36,643 nucleotides of DNA, from positions 1-36,643 of IMG/VR virus record IMGVR_UViG_3300005805_000225. The stretch is one strand, 5' to 3'. Positions 25,145 through 34,300 of the stretch are shown piece by piece. This stretch comes from a virus (Duplodnaviria > Caudoviricetes). A model generated the notes under the pieces. It was not told where the DNA came from and made no database searches. It worked only from the letters and a program-made list of their open reading frames with translations. The position numbers were made by a program, and so were the translations under genes. Every line of letters begins with the position of its first letter. Within the stretch, counting starts at the first letter, position 1.

Positions 25145-25265
25145 ACTCTCCGTACTTTCCTAGGACGGCTCTGATAGTTCCATTCTTGTTAAGACGAACT
25201 ACCATTCCATCTCTGATTTGGACTTTATTAAATTTCTCGCGTCTGCGATATTGCCCTGAAGACAT
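25107..25265 (-). CDS. Small basic protein, 52 aa
   Basis: Hand-translated MSSGQYRRREKFNKVQIRDGMVVRLNKNGTIRAVLGKYG...; TAATG coupling. Confidence 0.65.
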   Translation of the reverse strand: MSSGQYRRREKFNKVQIRDGMVVRLNKNGTIRAVLGKYGEYGKVTGLAKIRG

Positions 25266-25450
25266 TACTTCTTCTTGCCCATTTTCTTCATACTTGCTTT
25301 GGGCTTTGACATTCCTGCTTCGCTCATAGCGATAGCAATGGCTTGCTTACGAGACTTAACTACTGGTCCCTTTTTGCCGGAATGAAGAGTTCCTGATTTG
25401 AACTCGCGCATTACTTTGGCGACTTTCTTCTTTCCGTTCTTCTTCTTCAC
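25265..25450 (-). CDS. Small basic protein (DUF6496-like)
   Basis: KVAKVMREFKSGTLHSG..GPVVKSRKQAIAIAMSEA. Confidence 0.8.
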   Translation of the reverse strand: MKKKNGKKKVAKVMREFKSGTLHSGKKGPVVKSRKQAIAIAMSEAGMSKPKASMKKMGKKK

Positions 25451-25593
25451 TTGGCAGCCTTTCCTGGTGCGCCCTTCATCAAGGACTCATAGGTCATAAA
25501 TGGCTTGTCATTTGTATCTGGTGGCCAAGGAGTGTATTCATTCTCCTCTGGTTCAAACTTATTACTGTATTCGTTTGGGTAGTTTCCTGGCAT
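25447..25593 (-). CDS. Hypothetical protein, 48 aa
   Basis: Hand-translated MPGNYPNEYSNKFEPEENE...GKAAK; AAGGAG RBS; GTGA overlap. Confidence 0.6.
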   Translation of the reverse strand: MPGNYPNEYSNKFEPEENEYTPWPPDTNDKPFMTYESLMKGAPGKAAK

Positions 25594-25594
25594 T

Positions 25595-25885
25595 TTAGTT
25601 CTCCTTGAACTTCATAGTGTTTCCATCGAAAGCCTTACCAGCCTCATTGGAAAGCATCATTGCTGCATCTATATCTTTTTTCTTGGTTGATATTGGCTCT
25701 ACCCCTTGGCGTACTGCCGAGTAGTATGAATCCAATTCTGAGTCCCACTTCTTTTCTTTATCCTTATCCCAGCCTTGCCTGGTAGGGAAGCACCCTGCAA
25801 AACTAAAGTTCGCTGCCTGTAGGCAGTCTGAATAGGACTGATGATCTTGTGTCTTGCAACCTGAACGACAGTTTGATTTACTCAT
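25595..25885 (-). CDS. Hypothetical protein with an N-terminal Cys/His motif
   Basis: CRSGCKTQDH.SY.DC. Confidence 0.75.
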   Translation of the reverse strand: MSKSNCRSGCKTQDHQSYSDCLQAANFSFAGCFPTRQGWDKDKEKKWDSELDSYYSAVRQGVEPISTKKKDIDAAMMLSNEAGKAFDGNTMKFKEN

Positions 25886-26205
25886 ATCTGTGTTACGTAA
25901 CTCCCATATCCTGCGTCAATAAATATCTGCGCTTCTGAATCAGATATCTCATATTCGTGACCGCCAAGATAATAGGAATCTGCAGCGGCTAGGTCATCCT
26001 GACTTGGAGTACGTTGGGTTGTAACTGTTGTCCCATTGACAAGGAATGTAATTCCTCTAGGCACATCAGTGAGGAAGGGATTTATAGTTCCAGTTATGGA
26101 ACCACCAGTTATAGGCCTACCAGCAAGACGTGAGTATGGGGTAAATGTGTAGTAATCAGATCCCCAAGTTTCCCAAGTCCAAGTTGTATTAAGCCTATAG
26201 GTCAT
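25882..26205 (-). CDS. Hypothetical virion protein, 107 aa
   Basis: ORF track; GAAAGGA RBS; follows the capsid gene. Confidence 0.75.
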   Translation of the reverse strand: MTYRLNTTWTWETWGSDYYTFTPYSRLAGRPITGGSITGTINPFLTDVPRGITFLVNGTTVTTQRTPSQDDLAAADSYYLGGHEYEISDSEAQIFIDAGYGSYVTQI

Positions 26206-26220
26206 ATCTTCCTTTCAGAA

Positions 26221-26262
26221 TTGACTCACCACTAGGCAGGGTTTCCCCTGCCCAGCAGTCAA
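26221..26262 (-). terminator. Strong stem-loop after the capsid gene (partial terminator or mRNA stabiliser)
   Basis: CUGCUGGGCAGGG-GAAA-CCCUGCCUAGUGG inside UUGACU/AGUCAA; no U-tract. Confidence 0.55.
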
Positions 26263-26269
26263 TCAACTA

Positions 26270-27211
26270 CTAGTTGATGGATGTTGCAGTCTCAATGCGG
26301 TATAGAGCCGCTTCACGGAGACGTGCGAAACCACCGAAGTAGTACCAACCGATGGTGCGGAAACGACGGAGTGCGTCAATTTCTGGACCGATAACGGTTG
26401 AGATATCTTGAACGGTTGCTTCTGCAAGTGCTTCACGTCCAGCAACGACTGCCTTGTAGACAGTAACGGCTGGTGATTGAGTGTTTGCAGCAGATGGAAC
26501 ACGAGGCGTTTCCACGATAAATGCACCTTCAAGAACGCCGACTGCACCAGCCACGAATGGTGTGCGATCTACGTACTTGGTCAACTCCTGGAATCCACCG
26601 GTACCGGACTCGGCACGGAGGTCAGCAGATTGACGTGGGTGTAGGTAGGCAGCGTACAACTCGCCAATGCGAGGAACTGCCTTGTTGCTGCGAAGCTGAA
26701 CAACAGCCTTACGGATGTTTGCAGCAGTGATGGTACCTGAAGATGTGATGCTGTTGGTACCTGTTGCGTTGCCACCGTAGATGACGTTCGTTCCGGTTGA
26801 ACCGGTAAGAACAGATGCTACAACAGTGTCGATAGAATCGGCTGCGTTGTAAGCAATGATATCAGCGAGTGCTGTATCAACATCGTTGAATGAAGTTAGG
26901 TTTAACTTCTTGGTGGTTGTTACGGCATTGCCGTACTCGTTGAGTGTAACGGTAACCGTCGATGGGTTACCAAGAGCAATGGAGTCAACGTCACTTGTCT
27001 CAGTTAAAGTACCGGTTGCGGTGCTTAGATCTGAGTAGATGGAGAATACAACTGACGAACCTGGCATTGCTTGCTGTACCGGCTTGACATCTGCAAGCGC
27101 TCTCATCACTGGGATGGAGCGGAGAGCCATACGTACATACTGATCGTATGCAGTGGTGACTAGCGCAGAGATTGTCGAAGACGATGTAAGCGTACCTGTA
27201 GGTAGTGCCAC
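26270..27211 (-). CDS. Major capsid protein (HK97 fold)
   Basis: 313 aa after the scaffold; PGSSVVF, LTE, TVTLNEYGNAV, LHPRQSADLR, G.VG..EG...VET, IGWY. Confidence 0.88.
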   Translation of the reverse strand: MALPTGTLTSSSTISALVTTAYDQYVRMALRSIPVMRALADVKPVQQAMPGSSVVFSIYSDLSTATGTLTETSDVDSIALGNPSTVTVTLNEYGNAVTTTKKLNLTSFNDVDTALADIIAYNAADSIDTVVASVLTGSTGTNVIYGGNATGTNSITSSGTITAANIRKAVVQLRSNKAVPRIGELYAAYLHPRQSADLRAESGTGGFQELTKYVDRTPFVAGAVGVLEGAFIVETPRVPSAANTQSPAVTVYKAVVAGREALAEATVQDISTVIGPEIDALRRFRTIGWYYFGGFARLREAALYRIETATSIN

Positions 27212-27238
27212 TTATTTTGCCTTTCGATTAGGTTCGGA

Positions 27239-27700
27239 CTAGAGTCCAGACTGCCTAATGATTTCATCCAATTCTTCACGGCTTTGTGCATTTAACAACT
27301 TACGATGAATCTCTGCTTGGAACTCAGGAGTTACTCCTTGTTCTACAGCATTGGTCATCCGTTGATAAGCAGCAGCCTGCTTAGGATCTACATTAGGTGT
27401 AGCCTGGTTTGCTTGAGTTTGAACACCGAATACATCGGCATAATCCTCAAGCCATTTTGATACAGACTCCTCAGTTGGGTCTATATCCTGTGGGATAAAT
27501 GCAGCAATCTTGCTGTTCACCCCGCGACTAGCGAGTGTGTCTTTGATTGCTCTATCTCTGTTCTGTTTTGCAAGGGATTCATACTGAGCCTTAAGTTCGG
27601 CTAGTTCTTTATCCTTGGCTTTTGTTGCTTTACGCAACTGCTTGACGAGATCATTTGAGTCATTCTCAAAATCATCATCATCGTAGTCGTAGTTGGACAT
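27239..27700 (-). CDS. Capsid scaffolding protein
   Basis: Acidic N-terminus and coiled coil, directly upstream of the capsid gene; start at MSNYD. Confidence 0.75.
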   Translation of the reverse strand: MSNYDYDDDDFENDSNDLVKQLRKATKAKDKELAELKAQYESLAKQNRDRAIKDTLASRGVNSKIAAFIPQDIDPTEESVSKWLEDYADVFGVQTQANQATPNVDPKQAAAYQRMTNAVEQGVTPEFQAEIHRKLLNAQSREELDEIIRQSGL

Positions 27701-27715
27701 AGGTCCTTCTCCCAT

Positions 27716-27820
27716 TCGTTGTAGTTTTCGCAGGCCTCATACAAGCTCGGGGGCTTCTTGTATGGCTCCTACTACCGGTCTTGATGTCTCTCTAACAGGC
27801 CGGTCGTTCTGTTAGTAGGC
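27716..27820 (-). promoter_or_regulatory. Structured RNA leader upstream of scaffold/capsid (possible pseudoknot plus hairpin)
   Basis: CUAACAG/CUGUUAG stem whose loop ACGACCGG can pair with downstream CCGGUAGU; second hairpin AUACAAG/CUUGUAU with a CCCC loop. Confidence 0.5.
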
Positions 27821-29134
27821 CTAAAATGCTCCGGCTCGTTCTCTGCCTAGAGCGCCACCAGCAGCTCCAGATGTACCGGAGAATGCTGCGGTTTCAAGTT
27901 CAGCAAGTTTGCGACGCTTGCGCCCCGCCTCTGCTGAACCTGGGATAGCAAAGACTTCTTGCTCTGCTGTCTCTTGTGTAAATGGACCAAGGCCTTGCTT
28001 GGCATAACGCTCTCCAAGCACTTGAGCCTGTGGTAGAAATTCTGAAATTGTTGTAAATCCTTGACGTGCTTGCTCGGCAGTAACTCCAAAGCGTTGAAGT
28101 TCTTCTGCTCTAGCGCGTCCTGCTCCAAGGCCAGCCATAGTTGCAGCGCCACCGATTTCAGCGGCACCAACCTTACGCTTGATATTCTCAATAGCCTTCT
28201 CTGGGTCTAGAACATAAGCCAAGATATCGCCATTGGAAATCTCATCACCGTAGTATTGAGTCAAGGCATCCTTGATTTGAGGTGCTGCATTGATAACTCT
28301 GCGTTGTGCTGTTTGGATACGATCTTCTAGTTCAATGGGAGATACATCTCCAGCGATTAGTTTTTCAAATCCCTCTTGACGACCCATATCCCCGCGAGCG
28401 TAATAGGTATTCGGTAGACCATAACGGCGCATTACGTCCTGATATTTGTCTTCTTCTAAAATGTATTCTGCTTCAGATAAAGCGCGTAATCCTTTATTGA
28501 TTCGTGCTTGGTTAGCAGCAAAGCGTTTCTTGTAGGCATCCGTCTCGCGTAATCTAATAGTAAACTCTGCTGGAGATACGCCAGACTCAATCAATCCTCG
28601 TAGTGGCTCTACTAATGCCTGCAATCCATAGTTACCGAATTGTTGCAGTAGAAGATCAAATGCAGATTGGCGTTGCGCTTTTGCTGCAGCTTCTGCCTCA
28701 GCTTTTGCCCTAGCAGCATCTGCTGCTTTTGTTCCTCTAGCTTGTAGAGTTCTGCTACCATCAGAATAGACTAAATAAACATCGCCAGTCTCTGGGTCAG
28801 TATAAGTTCCAGTAACGGTTTTGCCACCGCCACCACCGGTAGGTCCTGTGCCACCTGTAGGACCGGTTCCGCCTGTGGGTCCGGTACCTCCTGTTGGACC
28901 GGTGCCACCTGTTGGTCCTTGAGGACCAGTGGGTCCAGGTGGCTCTTCTGTTGGTACTTCTTGTGGTGTAGTGGTGACAGGCGTTGGAATAACACCCATA
29001 GCCTGTAATCTTCTACGCTCAGGTTCATCAAATACTTCTGGGGTAGGTGTGGGGAAACCAGTCATAGAGGCTTCTTCAGCCATACGGAATCTTGCCGCAT
29101 CAAATGATGGCGTACTCTTCTTTTTCTTAGCCAT
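27821..29134 (-). CDS. Probable internal virion (ejection) protein with GPTGGT repeats, 437 aa
   Basis: Helical Ala/Glu/Arg-rich body, (GPTGGT)x4 linker; position in the late operon. Confidence 0.55.
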   Translation of the reverse strand: MAKKKKSTPSFDAARFRMAEEASMTGFPTPTPEVFDEPERRRLQAMGVIPTPVTTTPQEVPTEEPPGPTGPQGPTGGTGPTGGTGPTGGTGPTGGTGPTGGGGGKTVTGTYTDPETGDVYLVYSDGSRTLQARGTKAADAARAKAEAEAAAKAQRQSAFDLLLQQFGNYGLQALVEPLRGLIESGVSPAEFTIRLRETDAYKKRFAANQARINKGLRALSEAEYILEEDKYQDVMRRYGLPNTYYARGDMGRQEGFEKLIAGDVSPIELEDRIQTAQRRVINAAPQIKDALTQYYGDEISNGDILAYVLDPEKAIENIKRKVGAAEIGGAATMAGLGAGRARAEELQRFGVTAEQARQGFTTISEFLPQAQVLGERYAKQGLGPFTQETAEQEVFAIPGSAEAGRKRRKLAELETAAFSGTSGAAGGALGRERAGAF

Positions 29135-29136
29135 TA

Positions 29137-30126
29137 TTACCCCTGGAATCCGAAGTCACGAAGTACGTTCAATACATTGGTTGATACTTCTTGTCTTGCT
29201 TTATCTGTATATTGCCAACGAGAATCCTTGCGTAGCGATCTTCTAAAGTCAGCAAGTGTGGTCTGCTTTGCAAGAGCATCCTGAATAAATTTATCAGTCA
29301 CATCTACAGAGTTGTATGGTAGTTCAAGTTCGTCAACCATTACGCTACGGTAGGGATTGATAATTTCATCTAGATCTTCACCTTCATCTAACAAACCTTT
29401 AACATAATCAGGCATAGCCGTTTTTGCATACATACGAAACTTACGCTCAAATGTTTTTATATCTTCGCCAGATTGAAGAGCTGAGATTATTTCTTCTATC
29501 GAACCAAAACCTAATACAGATGGAATCATATTTTCAGATATACCGTTACGCCTTGCAGCAACTTTCAGTTCGTCGTATTGGCTACCTATTCTCCCGCCTA
29601 CTTTACCTGGAGCAAACTTAAAAGTCTTTGCTACATCACGGAAAATATCGGCTTCATTCTTACCTGTCTTGAAGTATCCCTCAAGGGTTGCGTCATCTAG
29701 TTTGTTATAGCCTTCTTCAACAAGAGCCTTGTTTATTTGGTCCTTAAACTTCTGAAGTTCAGCAAAATAGGTATCGCTTTTTTCTAGGAATAAACCATAG
29801 TTATTTCTAGCGGTAGATGTTAAACGACCCCAGGCGCTCTTGTATAAATCATCCAAAGCCTTAGTTGGATTAGTGCGCCAAGTCTTTAGTATGGACATCA
29901 ACTCTGGGCCATACTTCTTATCAGAAAGAAGTGCTAAACCTATACCAAGCGCTGCTCCTGGAGCAGTCTTTTTAACTTCCTCTAGGATACTTAAAGGATC
30001 ATACTCTGAGAAGGCATTAGCAGCGGCATCTGCTGCAGCTTTAGCCTCGCTCGGTGTATCTCCACGAGCGATTGCTTTTTGGTAGGTTTGGTCATAAGCC
30101 TCTTGTCGTGTTGTTGGTTCAGCCAT
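29137..30126 (-). CDS. Probable internal virion protein, 329 aa
   Basis: ORF track; helical; position. Confidence 0.5.
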   Translation of the reverse strand: MAEPTTRQEAYDQTYQKAIARGDTPSEAKAAADAAANAFSEYDPLSILEEVKKTAPGAALGIGLALLSDKKYGPELMSILKTWRTNPTKALDDLYKSAWGRLTSTARNNYGLFLEKSDTYFAELQKFKDQINKALVEEGYNKLDDATLEGYFKTGKNEADIFRDVAKTFKFAPGKVGGRIGSQYDELKVAARRNGISENMIPSVLGFGSIEEIISALQSGEDIKTFERKFRMYAKTAMPDYVKGLLDEGEDLDEIINPYRSVMVDELELPYNSVDVTDKFIQDALAKQTTLADFRRSLRKDSRWQYTDKARQEVSTNVLNVLRDFGFQG

Positions 30127-31325
30127 TATCGACCTCCAAGGGCTTGATTCATCCAGGTAATAAAATCAATACGTTCGTTACGTGCCAAAGATTCTGGGTC
30201 AGCTTTCTTTAGGCGACGCTCAATCAGGGCTTCAATATCTTCCTGGGCAAACCCTGGTGTAATCTCAGTTCTACCAGCCTTGCCACCGCCACTAACGCTG
30301 GTGGTAGTTGTCCCGCGTTCAACCATTTTATTGATTGAACCGACTAATTCCTTATACCAATCTTGCTGTTTGTCTTCAGGAGTTATTTCTCTACCTAGAA
30401 CATTAAGAGCAATATCATTTATATCTTTATTGATATCACCCTTAGTCCTGCGAGAGACGGTGGTAGTAGTTGTCTTAGTCGGAAGACCAACTCCACCAGC
30501 AGTTTCTATGCCAAGGTCAATGTCTCCAGGATTAGCAAGAAACTCTCTAAATGTACCCTTACGTAAAGATGTTGGAAGTTTCTCTCTAGACGTAGCAGCA
30601 TTTGCGATAGCATTTTGGAAATTGATACTCCAGCGACCATCTGCCTTACCTGACCATCCAAAGTTCTCAATCAAGTCCTTTTGGACATCAATCAACTCTT
30701 GTTTATTTTTAGGATCAGCAAGGAAATCAAAAAATTCATTTATATTAGATACTTCAGGCTCTGCTACCTCTTCGCCTGCTTTAGCCTTTGGTTTTTCCTT
30801 CTTAGTTTCAGGAACAGCAATCTTTTGAGCAGGAAGAGCCTTTGGTTTAGCGCCAGATTCAACAGCAGTATCATAGGCTGCCTTGGCTTCACGATAGGCT
30901 GTCTGATATTTTTGTTCACCCTGATATGTTTCTATATCAAGTTCAGCCTCGCGTAACTTTTCAAGAGCCTTTTCGTAGCCACTAGTGGCTAGTTTCTGCT
31001 TAGCCTCTTCTTCTTTAAGTTTCTTATCTTCCTTTTCAGCCTTACTTAATTCCTTACGTAGAGCATTCTTTTGTGTTTGCAGTTTCTTATACTCAGCCTG
31101 ACGTCTTTCCCATTCAGGCTTTAGGGCATCTAGGATATCCTTATTGTCTTTACTTGGATTCTTTTCGTAGTCACTTAGGGCAAGCTTGTATTTCTGGTCT
31201 AAACTCCCACCAGCACCCTTAAAACCGCGTCCACTGGAGCGACTATAGATATTATCGTATGCCTCTTTTGTGAGGTCAGTAATAGTATCGAACTCATCCT
31301 TAATTTCTTCTAGGCTCTTTGCCAT
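30126..31325 (-). CDS. Probable internal virion protein, coiled-coil, 399 aa
   Basis: K/E-rich coiled coil; LIDVQKDL..FG.SGKADG resembles a peptidoglycan-binding motif (weak). Confidence 0.5.
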   Translation of the reverse strand: MAKSLEEIKDEFDTITDLTKEAYDNIYSRSSGRGFKGAGGSLDQKYKLALSDYEKNPSKDNKDILDALKPEWERRQAEYKKLQTQKNALRKELSKAEKEDKKLKEEEAKQKLATSGYEKALEKLREAELDIETYQGEQKYQTAYREAKAAYDTAVESGAKPKALPAQKIAVPETKKEKPKAKAGEEVAEPEVSNINEFFDFLADPKNKQELIDVQKDLIENFGWSGKADGRWSINFQNAIANAATSREKLPTSLRKGTFREFLANPGDIDLGIETAGGVGLPTKTTTTTVSRRTKGDINKDINDIALNVLGREITPEDKQQDWYKELVGSINKMVERGTTTTSVSGGGKAGRTEITPGFAQEDIEALIERRLKKADPESLARNERIDFITWMNQALGGR

Positions 31326-31328
31326 CTA

Positions 31329-34300
31329 TTACTCCCTGATACCTGGTAGTCTTGAGAACAAGACATCAAAAGCGGCTTTTGTGTTTTCGTTATATTCTGA
31401 AAGTCGGCGTAGTTTAGTTCTAACATTTAACTTAAGGTTTTGAACCATAACATCACTACCATACTGTTCTAGATTTCCGCGCTGGATATTATAGTCACTG
31501 TAAACTTTGACCATCTGGCGCAGAACATCTTGAACATCAGTCCTAATGTTTATATTTTGGTCTAACATATCCTCAAGTTCATCTACTGTATTAAGGCGCT
31601 GGATAGCCTTAGCGCTACCTTCGGATAGTTCTTCTTGAACTAATGGACGACCAGCAAAGAAAACCTTCTTCCAGGCTTCATATTCTTTTCGTAACTGAGT
31701 CTTGCCATAGTCAGAGAAACTGTTCTCTAAGCCTTGCTCAAATTGACCTTTACGATCATAATAAACCTGAAGGTCTGCTGCAGTCTGGACATCTCTTAAG
31801 TAATCGTCTACCCGCTTATTTTGGATTAGACCGATTTCCTTCATTGTCTGGTACGCATCCCAAGAGAATCCTGATTTATGCGGTATTAGGAATGGAGCAG
31901 CCTTTGGATACTTTTTGAATAATTCTTCGTTATTGTTTACAAAGTACCCAGCCTCTTCGGCGTACCTTAGAGGAGCTATTGTTTTTCTCTCTGATTCGGT
32001 TACAGTAAATGCCATTTGGTTTGGATATAACTCAATCCATTTGGCTATAGCAGCATCGTAATCGCCAGGGTATTCATCAAGCAGGTTATTAAACAACTGC
32101 TTAAAGTTAGCCCTACCGTTATCGCTAATCCATTGAGCCATATCACTCTTGAGTTGCACCTGTGGTGATGCTGGAGCGAAGAATCCGAATACGAATCGTG
32201 TACCCAAGATATTCAAAGTAGTTGTTTTTACGCGCTGACGATAAGACTCAAGTTCCTCAGACGTAGGAGGTAGCAGAGTTCCATCTTCGTCGTAGCGCTT
32301 TGGAATGCCGTTGCCTGATGCTTCAAGGTAAGTAACTGCTTTGCGCCAAGCTGAAGAGTATTGGCTGTTGCGGTCATCTTGATCCATAGCCGCATATATT
32401 CGGTTAATGTGAGCAGGAAGTATTAGCGATAGAAATGGTTGTTCTTCTGCATATCTTCCGAGTGCGTAACCCTTAATGGTATCTGCTGCGCCTGGTGAGA
32501 ATATATTTACAATCTGAGAAATGGTTCCTACTGATAGACCAGCGATAGGTCCAGAGAATGTAGGCACAATGGCTTCTGGATTTAGAGACGGTGTAACCAT
32601 CTTCAACTTAGCGCCAAACTCTACAGGAAATGGTGTCTTAAACTCGTCGCCAATACCTATTGCAGATAGTGCAGACTGAACCGCATTGTATACCGGCGCT
32701 AAGCCAGGATATACGAAGTATGCCTCACCTTGGTCATCTCTTTGGACAAAACCTGAATGTGTTATGCCATCATAGGTAAGCGCTGCTTTTACTATCGCTT
32801 CAGGATTGTACTTAACAACACGATACATACGACGATAGAAGTCTTCAGTAGCGCGATAGAAACGGGCAAAGTTACGAGCAGAGAAAGCTAACTGAGTACG
32901 GACAAGGGGATTATCTACATAAGCCAGTGTCTGACCTACAGCTCTTTCCTCTACAACTACTGCTAAATCTCTCTTAGCCTTTTCGGTAGCCTGAGCAACC
33001 TTCTTGGTATCAGATGGGTCAATTCCACGTAGATAAGATTTTACCCAAGCATCCTCGAAGCCAGTCTTACGCATTTGACCACGAATCTTTATCATCTCTT
33101 GAAGGACAAGAGGTTGACGCGAATAACGTGCGTTGGCAAGACCAAGCCAGGTCCAACCATTGGTCATAAGGTTAGAGGCAATCTGTCCAATCTCAACTGC
33201 TGGTATAAGGGTTGGACCTACTACATAGTCCGGTAAGTCAGCATCTGCTTTAGGTAGATCATCAAGTGAAATCTTTCCACTGACAACCCATTCGCCCTTT
33301 TCAGCATTAAATACACGAATCTTGTTAAGTAGTTCTGTGTTAAGAACAGGATTAGGAACATCTATTGAACCCTTAACGAATACTTCTTTTGTTCTATTTA
33401 GGGCAACCTGAGCAATACTACGAGCATCTAGATCATTAGATAAACGGGCATCTTTTAGGAACTGCTTACCCTCTGGGGTTTCCTTCATCCAAGTAACCAT
33501 CTTGGTAAGGATTGCAGCGTCATCAACATTATCTAGGTTTGCTATAGCAATAGCGCCTAATGGATCATTGGCAAAATAACCAATACGCATCATCCAGGCA
33601 ACCATTGATGATTCATCCTGAGTACCGATTCTTTGAACCGTATACTGACGCTCTCCAGGCTTCTTAACATATCGTTGCTCTGGTGGAACGACAGTCAGGG
33701 CGTGGGTACGAACATTGTTTACTCGAACAAAATCTATGGCTCTAGAGATATAATCATTACCGGTAGCAAAATTCATACCACCTTCAGAGACTACTGATAG
33801 AGCATTTTCTATATCGCCATAGATAATTTGCTCTGCTAGTAAGTCTGCCTCTTCTTTATTTAGAGGCTTAAGACCTAATCTGTCACGGAAGCGATTGATG
33901 CGACCTTCAGTTAGGGCCTTAGCAAATATCTCACGAGTCTGACGAACTACTCCACCTTGGGTGGTTTTAGCCAAATCGGCTATCTTTGTCTCAATATCTG
34001 CTTTTTTGATTGGGTCAACTGTTGTCTTTAATGTTGCTCTTAGGAGAGAAATCTCTTCTTTTGTTTTTTCTATACGCTCTGCAAGGCCGTCAAATTCTAA
34101 TCTGTAACGCTCTGCATCTTTCTTGTTAACCATACGCAGAAGCAGACCCATTGGGTTCTCTGCTGCTCTTTCAAATCTTGTACCAGTTTTTGGTGTTAAA
34201 CCAGCCATAACTGTATTTAGACGCGTTGAAAGCATACGGCTCTTTGCCAAACCCCAAGGAGACTGACCAATAGCCAAGCCAACCATTAGATCCTCAGTAG

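Noticed and set aside
27809-27826. Stop-codon readthrough driven by the pseudoknot after the UAG
   Set aside because: An in-frame UAA follows two codons later, so readthrough would add almost nothing.
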